This document shows, in pieces, positions 49,634 to 59,636 of a stretch of 64,000 bases of DNA. The stretch is from contig CBDCRP010000002.1 of assembly GCA_965221165.1 (NCBI GenBank), forward strand, positions 896,001 to 960,000, written 5' to 3'. The position numbers were made by a program, and so were the translations under genes. The stretch's first letter is position 1, and each line of letters starts with the position of its first letter. Under the pieces are notes generated by a model. It was not told where the DNA came from, searched no databases, and worked only from the letters and a program-made list of their open reading frames with translations. Source of the DNA: a bacterium (GTDB lineage Bacteria > UBA8248).

Positions 49634-51545
49634 GGGCCGCCAGGTCGGCAGAATCAGGCTCGACTTTCATCAAATCACGAGCTGCTTGCGTAATTTCGCC
49701 TGACGTGAGCCCACAATTCTCGCGCTGGAATTGAGGCGCCCCGTGCTCAATAAAACGGTCGGGAATACCCAAAACCGTCACGGAAACATCTCGCATGCCA
49801 TGCGCCGCCAAAAGTTCCAAAACACCGGCACCCATCCCGCCTATGCGCGTCCCTTCCTCGATCGTTACGACGCGCTTACATTGCCTTACGAGTTCTAAAA
49901 CCTTCTCCTCATCCATCGGCTTGACAAAGCGAAGGTTCAAAACCGATGCCTGTATTCCGAGTTCCTCTAATTGCGCAGCGGACTCCATTGAGAGGCCCAC
50001 CATGGGGCCCAAGGCAATGAGCGCCACATCATCGCCATCACGGAGCAGTTCCGCTTCTCCGATAGGAATGGTCTCGATATTTTCATCCATCAGCACCCCC
50101 TCGCCAGCACCACGCGCAAAGCGCAACGCAGCCGGCCCGGGATATTCGATGGCTGTCAGAACCATTTTCTGAAGCTCATTTTCGTCTTTAGGCGACATAA
50201 TTACCATGTTCGGCAAACACCGAAGATAGGCCAAGTCATAAGCACCCTGGTGAGTGGGACCATCATCACCCACAAGACCGGCTCGGTCCAGCGCAAAGGT
50301 GACGGGCACATTCGTGAGGCAGACATCATGGATGATTTGATCGTAGGCACGCTGTAAAAATGTACTGTAAATGGCGGCGACCGGCTTCATCCCCTCAAGC
50401 GCCAGTCCTGCGGCAAAAGTTACTGCATGTTGTTCACACATCCCTACGTCAAAGCAGCGATCTGGCAATACTTTTTGATAGTTCACCAGAGCCGTGCCCT
50501 CGAGCATGGCTGCTGAAATGGCCACTATCTTTTCATCTTTTTGGCTGAGTTTGATCATCGTATCGGTAAAAACTTTAGAATAGCCGGGAGGCCCGGGCGC
50601 TTTTTTGTGGAATTTACCGGATTCGGGGTCGAATTTCGTTACGCCATGATAAGTGATGGGTTCTGCTTCACTGTAGGGATACCCATGGCCTTTGCGGGTA
50701 ACGACGTGAACCAGATTGGGGCCATCTAAATTTTTCACATTTCTCAAAGTGGGAATCAGCAAATCCAGCCTGTGGCCATCGACCGGTCCGATATACCGAA
50801 AACCCAACTCCTCAAACAAAATGCCCGGCACGATGATATTTTTCAGAGACTCCTCGATCCTGTCCATCAGGGTGACCGCATGGCCACCCACCAAGGGAAG
50901 GTGACTGACTATCTTCTGAACTTCACCCCGCACCTTACGCGCCCGGTTGGCCCATTCACCCGTCATGATTCGCGCGAGATATGAGCACATGGCACCCACG
51001 TTATGCGAAATTCCCATTTTATTGTCATTCAGAATAACGGTGAGGTTTCTCTTCGCATCGCCGGCATTGTTGAGCCCTTCCATCGCCATACCGGCCGTTA
51101 AACTGCCATCCCCGATGACCGCAACAACCTGAAAGTCCTCTCCCGAGAGATCTCGCGCCGTCGCCATGCCCAGCGCAGCCGATATGGATGTGCCTCCATG
51201 CGCCACATTCAGATGGTCATATTCGCTCTCACGCCTGTCCGGGAAACCAGCGATTCCTTCCCATTGTCTCAGCGTATGGAACTGATCCCGGCGCCCTGTG
51301 AGAATCTTATGTGTATATGCTTGATGGCCAACATCCCAAATCAACTTGTCTTTTGGCGTATCGTAGAGATAGTGAAGCGCTACAACCAGTTCCGCAGCTC
51401 CCAAGGAGGCGCCAAGGTGCCCACCCGTATTGGATGTCACCTGAATGATCATGTCGCGAAGTTCATCCACGACTTGGGGAAGCTCGTCTTCCGGCAGTCG
51501 CCTCAAATCCGCCGGGCTATCAACGCGCTCGAGCAGTTCGCCCAT
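49611..51545 (-). CDS. dxs: 1-deoxy-D-xylulose-5-phosphate synthase
   Basis: GGHLG, WDVGHQAY, GDG...N ThDP motif, YSTFLQRAYDQ, DRAGLVG. Confidence 0.97.
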   Translation of the reverse strand: MGELLERVDSPADLRRLPEDELPQVVDELRDMIIQVTSNTGGHLGASLGAAELVVALHYLYDTPKDKLIWDVGHQAYTHKILTGRRDQFHTLRQWEGIAGFPDRRESEYDHLNVAHGGTSISAALGMATARDLSGEDFQVVAVIGDGSLTAGMAMEGLNNAGDAKRNLTVILNDNKMGISHNVGAMCSYLARIMTGEWANRARKVRGEVQKIVSHLPLVGGHAVTLMDRIEESLKNIIVPGILFEELGFRYIGPVDGHRLDLLIPTLRNVKNLDGPNLVHVVTRKGHGYPYSEAEPITYHGVTKFDPESGKFHKKAPGPPGYSKVFTDTMIKLSQKDEKIVAISAAMLEGTALVNYQKVLPDRCFDVGMCEQHAVTFAAGLALEGMKPVAAIYSTFLQRAYDQIIHDVCLTNVPVTFALDRAGLVGDDGPTHQGAYDLAYLRCLPNMVIMSPKDENELQKMVLTAIEYPGPAALRFARGAGEGVLMDENIETIPIGEAELLRDGDDVALIALGPMVGLSMESAAQLEELGIQASVLNLRFVKPMDEEKVLELVRQCKRVVTIEEGTRIGGMGAGVLELLAAHGMRDVSVTVLGIPDRFIEHGAPQFQRENCGLTSGEITQAARDLMKVEPDSADLAAHGKKTEA

Positions 51546-51657
51546 ATCATCTCCCCCAGGGAAGTGATTTCAAAACTTATTTTGCGCCATTACTCAAATA
51601 TCTCTGATTCTGACATTCCACCTCTTTCAAAGGCTAGCCAAGCACTATAGTCAATCA

Positions 51658-52572
51658 TCAAAACCTACGCAAGACAATAAAACGCGCCAAGGATTCCAGC
51701 TCAAGGGCTTGATTAGGGAAAATTTCAAGCGCTTGCAACGCTTCCTCGCAAGTGGAGCGCGCCAGTTTTTTCGATGTTTCTATGCCGTACAAGGCGGGAT
51801 AAGTCGCTTTGTTCAATCCCTCATCCGAACCCGTGGGCTTTCCCATGAGCGCTTCATCGCCTTCCACATCCAAAACGTCATCCACAATTTGGAACGCCAG
51901 CCCGATCTTCTCCCCATAAACACGCAGCGCCTCCATCTGCGCTTCATCGCCGCCACCGAGGAGGCCCCCCAAACAAACGGAAACTCTCAAAAGCGCACCC
52001 GTCTTTCTCCTGTGGATCTCCTCTAGATGCCCCACATCACTTACCAGGCCATTCGCCCGGATGTCCAAAAGCTGTCCTCCCACCATGCCCGTTGCGCCTG
52101 CCGCCTCCGCGAGCATCCGAGTCGCCTTCACATGACGTTCAGGGGAAATTTTTTCACCCATATCCTCATTCGCCACCAACTCGAAGGCCAGGGTCTGCAA
52201 TCCATCACCCGCAAGAATCGCTGCCGCCTCACCATAAACCTTGTGATTCGTAGGCATCCCCCGCCTGAGGTCATCGTCATCCATGGCGGGCAAATCATCA
52301 TGGATCAAAGAGTAGGAATGAATACATTCGAGAGCGCACGCAGCGGGCAGAATCCATTCAGGACTCCCACCTACGGCTTCACATCCGGCCACACAAAGCA
52401 CGGGGCGCAAGCGCTTACCCCCTGCGAAAAGGCTATAGCGCATAATCTCGAAAATCTCAGGAGGCTCAGACGATTTCGGCACAAGACGATCGAGTTCTTC
52501 TTCCACACGTTTCGCCCAACCGTTCAGGTAAACCGCCGCATCGATGCCACCTGGAACCCCGGTTTCATTCAT
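51658..52572 (-). CDS. ispA: Farnesyl diphosphate synthase / polyprenyl synthetase
   Basis: GGKRLRP, LIHDDLPAMD, AFQIVDDVLD; xseB-ispA-dxs context. Confidence 0.93.
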   Translation of the reverse strand: MNETGVPGGIDAAVYLNGWAKRVEEELDRLVPKSSEPPEIFEIMRYSLFAGGKRLRPVLCVAGCEAVGGSPEWILPAACALECIHSYSLIHDDLPAMDDDDLRRGMPTNHKVYGEAAAILAGDGLQTLAFELVANEDMGEKISPERHVKATRMLAEAAGATGMVGGQLLDIRANGLVSDVGHLEEIHRRKTGALLRVSVCLGGLLGGGDEAQMEALRVYGEKIGLAFQIVDDVLDVEGDEALMGKPTGSDEGLNKATYPALYGIETSKKLARSTCEEALQALEIFPNQALELESLARFIVLRRF

Positions 52573-52834
52573 CATCTTCATCATCTTCAAATGGTTGCAA
52601 CAAAAATGTTTCTTCCGACTCTCCCACGAGTTCCTCCACCCTCTTTTGCGCCGCGTTCAATTGCTCTCGGCTATAGCGGAAAAGCTTCACGCCCTCTTCA
52701 TATAGCGAAACGGCTTCTTCTAAGGAGGGCTCACCCCCTTCGAGTTTATCCACGATGACTTCCAAACGCTCTAGCGCAGCCTCAAAACTCTTTGGTTCCG
52801 CATCGGGATTCGCGGATTCATTTCCAGTACTCAT
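52565..52834 (-). CDS. xseB: Exodeoxyribonuclease VII small subunit
   Basis: SFEAALERLE.IV..LE...SLEE....YEEG. Confidence 0.93.
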   Translation of the reverse strand: MSTGNESANPDAEPKSFEAALERLEVIVDKLEGGEPSLEEAVSLYEEGVKLFRYSREQLNAAQKRVEELVGESEETFLLQPFEDDEDDE

Positions 52835-54231
52835 GGGCCCTCTCCTTCCGGGAAGACTTCTTCTACTCGGCACAACAAGCCGCCCTCCGATAAACGAATC
52901 CGCACGGATTCTTTCTCTTTCACATCACCGGCTTTTTTAACCAGTGCACCATCGGGCTCTTTACGCACCAAGCTATACCCCCGCGCCAAAACGGCGAGCG
53001 GCGATACCAATTCAAGGCGTCCAGCGGCAGTTTCGAGCGCATCCGTCCTGCGTCTCACAAACAATGCGCGCGCCGCACGCAAACGCTTTGCATGGCCTTC
53101 CAGCCTCGATAGGGAAACCCCGATTTTCTCTTTGGGCGATATCGCCCGCAGCCTCGGAACTATCCCGGCTAAATACGTCCACCGCATTTGTTGCCGATGC
53201 CTCGCTTCTCTACCCATGCGTTCATAGAGGGCATCCACGCGTTGGGCCAATACCTCAAGCGGGGCTTCCGGTCTTCTGAAAGCGGGCTCCCTGAGCAAAC
53301 GAGAAAATCTGGCATCGAGCGAGGCTATTTGCTCCCCTATTGCTCGGCGCATATCATCAAACAAATCGTTTATGTCTCGGGCAACACCCTGCCAGCCTCT
53401 GGCCACGCGCTCCGCCGCTGCCGTAGGCGTAAGCGCCGACTCATCGGCCGCCAGATCACTAAGCGACGTATCGACCTCATGGCCTACCGCTGAAATGAGC
53501 GGCGTCCTGCATCCGGCGATCGCCCGAACCACTTCCTCTTCGTTGAACGCCCACAAATCCTCCCGGTTTCCCCCGCCGCGGCCCATGATGATGAGATCTA
53601 CGGGACATCTCATATTTGCGAGGCCTTGGTCCGCTTTTTGAATCGCCCCTGCGATAGAAGATGCGGCGTTTTCTCCTTGCACCGGCGTGTGAACGATGAC
53701 GAGTTCTACAATCGGCGCGCGCTCTTTGAAAACCCGCAACATATCCTGGAGGGCGGCGCCCTCTCTGCTCGTCACCAATGCCACACGATGGGGGCGTTCA
53801 GGAATCTCTTTTTTTCGTTCAGGTGCGAAGAAACCCTCTTTTTCCAATCGTTCATGTAACTGGCGAAAAGCAACCTCGAGCGCGCCTTCTCCCAGGGGCT
53901 CCATAGAAAGCGTCGACACCTGGAAACGCCCGTCTTTCTCATACAGCGTCACCCGGCAACGGATCATCACGCGCATACCTACTTCCGGCTCAAAGCGCAA
54001 AAACCGCCTGCGGCCCGAAAATATTACTGCGCTCACCTTGGACGTGGTGTCTTTTAAGTCAAAATAGGAATGCCCCGATGGATAAGTGCGCCAGGAGAAA
54101 ATTTCCCCCTCAACGAGAACCTCACCAAATTCCCCTTCCAATAATTCTCTCACGCGCGCGTTGAGTTGTGAGACGGTGAGCACCGCAGGGGTTGCGTGAG
54201 GCGTATTGTCACCGAGAAGGTCCACACTCAT
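52831..54231 (-). CDS. xseA: Exodeoxyribonuclease VII large subunit
   Basis: SGH.YF.LKD, RGGG.REDLWAFN, SAVGHE.D, TPTAAAE, LARGYS. Confidence 0.96.
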   Translation of the reverse strand: MSVDLLGDNTPHATPAVLTVSQLNARVRELLEGEFGEVLVEGEIFSWRTYPSGHSYFDLKDTTSKVSAVIFSGRRRFLRFEPEVGMRVMIRCRVTLYEKDGRFQVSTLSMEPLGEGALEVAFRQLHERLEKEGFFAPERKKEIPERPHRVALVTSREGAALQDMLRVFKERAPIVELVIVHTPVQGENAASSIAGAIQKADQGLANMRCPVDLIIMGRGGGNREDLWAFNEEEVVRAIAGCRTPLISAVGHEVDTSLSDLAADESALTPTAAAERVARGWQGVARDINDLFDDMRRAIGEQIASLDARFSRLLREPAFRRPEAPLEVLAQRVDALYERMGREARHRQQMRWTYLAGIVPRLRAISPKEKIGVSLSRLEGHAKRLRAARALFVRRRTDALETAAGRLELVSPLAVLARGYSLVRKEPDGALVKKAGDVKEKESVRIRLSEGGLLCRVEEVFPEGEGP

Positions 54232-54244
54232 CCGAAAATCCTCA

Positions 54245-55117
54245 TCAGTTCGGTGTCTTCTCTCCTTGCAATTCAAGAGAATACGCGCGAACCGTGTTCA
54301 TCATCAGCATGGCGACCGTCATTGGCCCCACCCCGCCCGGCACGGGAGTGATGGCGGAAGCTTTTTCACGTAAAGGTTCGAAATCACAATCGCCGACCAA
54401 TTCTCCGTCCACCCGGCTGATACCAACGTCAACCACGGTCGCACCTTGCCGTACCATATCCGCCGTCAAGAATTTCGGCCTCCCCAAGGCAGCCACGACG
54501 ATATCGGCTTCTCGCGTGATCGAAGGGATGTCTCGGGTTCGGGAGTGGCACACCGTCACCGTCGCATTTTCATGCAACATCAAAATGGACAAGGGAAGCC
54601 CCACAATCTTGCTGCGCCCGATGATGACGGCTTTTTTTCCTTCCAGGCCAATATCGTAGAATTTCAAAATTTCAAGCACCCCGGCAGGCGTGCAGGGCTT
54701 GAGCGTACCTTGCTTGAGCGCCAGCTTTCCAAAATTTTCCGGATGAAACACATCGGCATCTTTTTCTGGGGACACCGTCCGCAAAACTTCTTCTTCATTC
54801 AAATGCCCGGGAAGCGGCAACTGGACCAATATCCCATCCACTTTTTCATCCTGGTTCAACTCTTCGATAAGCGAGACGATTTCCTCTTGGCTCGTATCCT
54901 CGGCCAAGCGATGATCAAAAGTCTCGATACCGAGTTTCTTGGCCGAACGGCCTTTGATGCGGACATATACCTGAGAGGCCGGATCCTCGCCCACGAGAAC
55001 GACGGCCAGACCGGGTGGTCTGCCCTTCCGGGGAATCAGGGCATCAATGGAGGCTTTAAGCTCCTCCATGACCTTTTCCGCCACAGGTTTACCTTCGAGG
55101 AGTAAGGCTTGTGCCAT
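54245..55117 (-). CDS. folD: Bifunctional methylene-THF dehydrogenase/cyclohydrolase
   Basis: GILVQLPLP, PCTP, GRS.IVG.P, TPVPGGVGPMT. Confidence 0.96.
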   Translation of the reverse strand: MAQALLLEGKPVAEKVMEELKASIDALIPRKGRPPGLAVVLVGEDPASQVYVRIKGRSAKKLGIETFDHRLAEDTSQEEIVSLIEELNQDEKVDGILVQLPLPGHLNEEEVLRTVSPEKDADVFHPENFGKLALKQGTLKPCTPAGVLEILKFYDIGLEGKKAVIIGRSKIVGLPLSILMLHENATVTVCHSRTRDIPSITREADIVVAALGRPKFLTADMVRQGATVVDVGISRVDGELVGDCDFEPLREKASAITPVPGGVGPMTVAMLMMNTVRAYSLELQGEKTPN

Positions 55118-55170
55118 CTTCATCCTTTATCATCGGGCGCACCGGAGGCGGATTTTATCGCACTTGGCGA

Positions 55171-56142
55171 CTAGACCAGAATTTTTCCATCCTGAATGAT
55201 CAACCGATCATCCGCCCACACTGTGGGATTGTCAAAAATCATGTCAATGTGGAGCGGGGCGTCGATATTGCCTCCGATACTCCCACTATCGCCCACCGCC
55301 ATGTGACAAGTACCCCACGTTTTTTTCGCCTCCCGCATCGTCTCCCGAGGCCGGCAAGCCGGATTCGTGCCAATCGCGAATTCAGCCACGTTCTTCGCCA
55401 AATCCCCGTTTTCATCCAGTAACTTCCAGAACCGCTCCGCGGCGGCGCTTCCCGTGATGGATGCAACTTTGCCGTCCTTAATCTCAAGACGCATGGGCTC
55501 GGTGACAAAGCCCAAATCTTTTCGCTCGATGGAAAAAGGATTCACCATCACTCCGTTGGATGTACCCTCCAAGGGACTCATGGCCGCTTCTCCATCGGGA
55601 CATGCCGCAAATTCTCCAGATTTTCTCGCCACGCCAATGAGAGGAAAACATGTTCTTCCCTCCAGGGAAAAGTGCATGTCGCATCCATCCGGCGTCGTGA
55701 ATCGGCCCGTTTTGGCTTCGGTGTATATGTCGGAAATTGTTCGGGTGACCCGGGCGACTTCGTCGTAATCCGCCAAGGCGCCACCGGCGACCATCATATC
55801 CTCACGCCATCCCCACATGTCCAGAACGCGCGCGCCCTGCCTGAGCGCGTTCCTCGCCGTCTCGGTATGAATCGTGGCGAAGCTGGTCTGGAGAATCACC
55901 ACATCAGAGGCCGCCATTGCCGCCCCCACATGCGGCAGCGGGTCGATCCCTCCATTCAAGTGCGGGGGCATGTGCATGATGGATAGCTTGGCACCCGCGG
56001 CGCTCAAAGCATGCGCAAGTGCTTCCGTGACTGAGGCTGGACGATCCGAATCCGTTACGAGAAGCACCAGTTCGCCCTCTTTCACGTCAAGAACCTGCTC
56101 TACGATTCGTCTGGCGGTAGGCGCCATATTAAACTTTATCAT
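55171..56142 (-). CDS. Aminopeptidase-like (M29/leucyl aminopeptidase-like) protein
   Basis: P.GE...P, AEFAIGTNP, GTCHMAVG, HID motifs. Confidence 0.82.
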   Translation of the reverse strand: MIKFNMAPTARRIVEQVLDVKEGELVLLVTDSDRPASVTEALAHALSAAGAKLSIMHMPPHLNGGIDPLPHVGAAMAASDVVILQTSFATIHTETARNALRQGARVLDMWGWREDMMVAGGALADYDEVARVTRTISDIYTEAKTGRFTTPDGCDMHFSLEGRTCFPLIGVARKSGEFAACPDGEAAMSPLEGTSNGVMVNPFSIERKDLGFVTEPMRLEIKDGKVASITGSAAAERFWKLLDENGDLAKNVAEFAIGTNPACRPRETMREAKKTWGTCHMAVGDSGSIGGNIDAPLHIDMIFDNPTVWADDRLIIQDGKILV

Positions 56143-56333
56143 TTGATCACCCCTGCGTATTGGAAGCTAAGAATTGACGATGCCTCGATTGGAAATAAAT
56201 CGATTTCCGACGAAAATTCCCTAGATTCATCGCATTATATGGGCCTATGAAACATAGTCGCAAGGGCGCGACTTGATGTGCGAAAATCAGTTGCAATTGA
56301 TCGATTTCACTTCACAATAAAGCGAGCAAAAAG

Positions 56334-56804
56334 ATGCAGACCCCCAGAAACCCTTATCTTACGGTGGACATCATCATCGAGTTCAAGAGCGAGATGGGCG
56401 AGGAGGGCGTTGTAATGATCCAGCGTAAAAATCCTCCTCATTGCTGGGTGCTGCCGGACGGATTCGTCGATTACGGAGAAACACTCGAAGCAGCCGCAGT
56501 TCGAGAAGCAAAGGAGGAAACCTCACTAGACGTGAAACTGATTCGTCAGTTTCATGCTTATAGCGACCCCAAGCGCGATGAGAGGCAGCACAACGTCACG
56601 GTGGTGTTCATCGCAAGGCCCCTTGGCGGTACGCTCCAAGCGCGAGACGATGCGAGGCGCGCAGTCGTTTTCAGTAAAAATTCCCTGCCCTCCAAAATTG
56701 CATTTGATCACGAAGAAATACTAAGCGATTATTTTTCAAAGATGTATTGGTATGAATCGCCAGGGCGAAAGGCATATCGAAACACACTATGCTATCATGA
56801 GTGA
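56334..56804 (+). CDS. NUDIX hydrolase
   Basis: [23 protein letters not shown] Nudix box, YSDPKRD, AFDH. Confidence 0.9.
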   Translation: MQTPRNPYLTVDIIIEFKSEMGEEGVVMIQRKNPPHCWVLPDGFVDYGETLEAAAVREAKEETSLDVKLIRQFHAYSDPKRDERQHNVTVVFIARPLGGTLQARDDARRAVVFSKNSLPSKIAFDHEEILSDYFSKMYWYESPGRKAYRNTLCYHE

Positions 56805-56863
56805 ATAATGCGGGGAAACACATGTGTTTCCCCGATTTTTCTTTGACATAGGATTTACAAGAC

Positions 56864-57559
56864 ATGGGCGGACTCCTCGGAAGTTTCGGGCGCGGATTCG
56901 AATGGATTCAAAAGGACATCGCAGCCGTCATGGAGCGCGACCCCGCCTGCCGAACGAAAACGGAAGTGATTCTCTGCTATCCGGGATTTCACGCCGTCTG
57001 CCTGCACCGGATGGCACACTTTTTCTGGAAACGGGGATTTCTGCTGATTGCGCGTTGGCTGAGCCACTGGAACCGGTTCATAACGGGTATCGAAATTCAT
57101 CCAGGCGCTCAGATTGGCGAAGGTCTTTTCATCGACCATGGAATGGGCGTCGTCATCGGAGAAACGACGCAAATCGGAAAAAATTGCACCATCTATCAAG
57201 GGGTGACGCTCGGCGGCGTAAGCCTCAAGAAAGAAAAAAGACACCCCTCGTTAGAGGATAACGTCGTCGTCGGCGTTGGCGCCCAGGTGTTGGGTCCGCA
57301 CGTTATCGGCGCCGGCAGCCGCATCGGTGCAAGTTCGGTCGTCATTTCAGACGTTCCGCCCGGCTGCACGGTTGTCGGCGTGCCCGCACGCATTGTCTAC
57401 CGAGAGGGGCAAGGCAGAACGGATGATCTGCTCCCCGTTTCTTTTGAGCACCACGAATTGCCGGATCCGGTAGAAGCAGCCATTCAAGCCCTGAACCAGC
57501 GCATTGCGGCTCTTGAAAAAGAACTGTCCCAGGTGCGAGAGCCGACACAGGAAAAATAA
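56864..57559 (+). CDS. cysE: Serine O-acetyltransferase
   Basis: [35 protein letters not shown]. Confidence 0.96.
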   Translation: MGGLLGSFGRGFEWIQKDIAAVMERDPACRTKTEVILCYPGFHAVCLHRMAHFFWKRGFLLIARWLSHWNRFITGIEIHPGAQIGEGLFIDHGMGVVIGETTQIGKNCTIYQGVTLGGVSLKKEKRHPSLEDNVVVGVGAQVLGPHVIGAGSRIGASSVVISDVPPGCTVVGVPARIVYREGQGRTDDLLPVSFEHHELPDPVEAAIQALNQRIAALEKELSQVREPTQEK

Positions 57560-57567
57560 GAGGCCTC

Positions 57568-58737
57568 ATGAAAACCATCTACATGGACCACAATGCAACC
57601 ACCCCGATGCGTCCTGAGGTTTTGGCCGCGATTCAGCCGTATCTCGGTGAGAAGTTTGGAAATCCGAACAGTATTCACCGATATGGCCGGGAAACAAGAG
57701 TAGCGATTGAAAACGCCCGCGACCATGCGGCGGCCCTCATCGGCGCTGCGGATAGTGATGAAATTTTCTTCACCTCCGGTGGGACGGAAAGCGACAATTG
57801 GGCGCTTCGGGGCGTCATCTCCGCCGCTCAAGGAACATGCCATGTCATCACCACGGCAATCGAGCACGAGGCCGTACTCACGACATGCCAGATGCTGGAA
57901 GCGGAAGGGGTGGAAGTCACCTATGTGAAACCGAATCGGAAAGGACGCGTTTCGCCTGATGATGTGGCCTCGGCGATTCGACCGAACACGAAAATCGTGT
58001 CCGTTATGTGGGGCAACAACGAAGTCGGCACCATCCAACCGATTCATGAAATCGGCGCTATCTGTCGGGAGCGTGGAATCGTGTTTCACACGGACGCCGT
58101 GCAGGCCCTGGGCAAGGATTCCATCGACGTAGAACAAGCCGGGGTGTCTCTGCTTTCAGCCAGTGGGCACAAAATCAACGGTTCCAAGGGCACGGGCTTT
58201 CTGTATGTAAAAAAAGGGACAGAGATCGACCCCTTTATCACCGGCGGCGGGCAGGAACAAAAACTGCGCTCGGGCACGGAAAACGTGGCCGGTATCGTGG
58301 CGATGGGAGAAGCCTGTCGTTTTGCGAAAGACGAAGGCCCGCTATTCGCAAAGAACATTTCCGCCCTAAGGGATCGGCTCGAAAACGAAATTTGCGAACA
58401 CGTTCCCGACGTACTGGTCAACGGCGACACGGATCATCGACTTCCCGGCACATCGAACTTAGGCTTCATCGGCGCGGAAGGGGAAACGCTCCTGATTCGT
58501 CTCGATTTAGAGGGCATCGCGGTGAGCACCGGCGCGGCTTGCAGTTCAGGCTCTCCCGAGCCCAGCCACGTTTTGCTGGCGATGCACTTGCCAAAGGAAA
58601 CCGTGCAAGGCTCGCTGAGATTCAGCCTCGGCTACGGAAACTCGGATGAGGATATCGATAGATTGCTCGAAGTGTTGCCGGAGGCCGTCAGTAAAGTTCG
58701 CGAAATGGCGCCTCGCCTAAAATCAACGAAAACATGA
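57568..58737 (+). CDS. iscS: Cysteine desulfurase (IscS/NifS type)
   Basis: DHNATTP, FTSGGTES, SGHK, RSGTEN, GAACSSG. Confidence 0.92.
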   Translation: MKTIYMDHNATTPMRPEVLAAIQPYLGEKFGNPNSIHRYGRETRVAIENARDHAAALIGAADSDEIFFTSGGTESDNWALRGVISAAQGTCHVITTAIEHEAVLTTCQMLEAEGVEVTYVKPNRKGRVSPDDVASAIRPNTKIVSVMWGNNEVGTIQPIHEIGAICRERGIVFHTDAVQALGKDSIDVEQAGVSLLSASGHKINGSKGTGFLYVKKGTEIDPFITGGGQEQKLRSGTENVAGIVAMGEACRFAKDEGPLFAKNISALRDRLENEICEHVPDVLVNGDTDHRLPGTSNLGFIGAEGETLLIRLDLEGIAVSTGAACSSGSPEPSHVLLAMHLPKETVQGSLRFSLGYGNSDEDIDRLLEVLPEAVSKVREMAPRLKSTKT

Positions 58738-58746
58738 GAAGAAACC

Positions 58747-59130
58747 TTGGCTCCAAAAGACGATTATCACTATAACGAGATTGTGCTCGCCCATATTGCG
58801 GATCCACACAACATCGGCGCAATCGAAAATGCAGACGCCCAGGGGAGCGGAACGAACCCCGCCTGCGGCGATGAAGTAACGCTCTATCTCAAATTCGAAG
58901 GCGATACGGTCTCGGACGCCAAGATGCAGATTCTCGGTTGCGGGGCGATTACCGCTGCGATGAGTTCGTTGACGGACCTGGTGCGCGGCATGACCGTTGA
59001 TGAGCTAGGACAAATCACTGCAGAGGAAATCACGAAAAGCGTCGACGGTCTCCCATCCCACAAGCGCCACTGCGCCACTCTCGCCCGGCGCGTGCTGCAA
59101 AACGCCCTGAAATCGAAAAACGCAAGCTGA
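58747..59130 (+). CDS. iscU: Fe-S cluster scaffold protein (IscU/NifU N-terminal type)
   Basis: NPACGD, GCG, KRHC (three conserved Cys). Confidence 0.85.
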   Translation: MAPKDDYHYNEIVLAHIADPHNIGAIENADAQGSGTNPACGDEVTLYLKFEGDTVSDAKMQILGCGAITAAMSSLTDLVRGMTVDELGQITAEEITKSVDGLPSHKRHCATLARRVLQNALKSKNAS

Positions 59131-59136
59131 CCCCTC

Positions 59137-59598
59137 ATGAGGACATCACAACCGGTTAAAATACTGGAACTCACCGGTTTCAAGGGTTGGGCGTTACGCG
59201 CCGATACACATGCGACGCCCGAGAATATCGGCCTCATGCAGGCCCGCCTGCTCAAGATATGCAGGAATCTTCCCAGAATCGGTCCCGCTTGCGGACTCGA
59301 CTATGGAGAGAAGGGATACGAAGCCTGCCGGCGAGCGCTCACAGACCTGCCCAAACCCGAGGATCTGCATGAAACGAACTTTCCGGGCGGATGGCATGCG
59401 GTGGGAACGCACATCGGGGGATACGACACGCTCGCAGTCACATTGGGGGAGATGCTCGAACTATGGCTGCCGCACAGCGGATTCAAGAGAAGAGAGGGAC
59501 CGTTGGTGTACCGGTACATCGCCGACCCCCGCGAAACGATAGAGACCGACATCAGAACCGAAATCTGCGTGCCCGTTCAACCCGACCCGATTGAGTGA
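59137..59598 (+). CDS. GyrI-like small-molecule-binding domain protein
   Basis: PGG..AV..H.G.Y, WLP.SG, Y..DP...RTEI.VPV. Confidence 0.8.
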   Translation: MRTSQPVKILELTGFKGWALRADTHATPENIGLMQARLLKICRNLPRIGPACGLDYGEKGYEACRRALTDLPKPEDLHETNFPGGWHAVGTHIGGYDTLAVTLGEMLELWLPHSGFKRREGPLVYRYIADPRETIETDIRTEICVPVQPDPIE

Positions 59599-59636
59599 GC
59601 GCCTGAAACAACCGTATTTCCCCTATTTTCAGCCCA

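Noticed and set aside
56440-56804. NUDIX decay (PDG instead of PGG; possible C-terminal read-through)
   Set aside because: The catalytic box is intact; cannot be distinguished from normal variation without alignments
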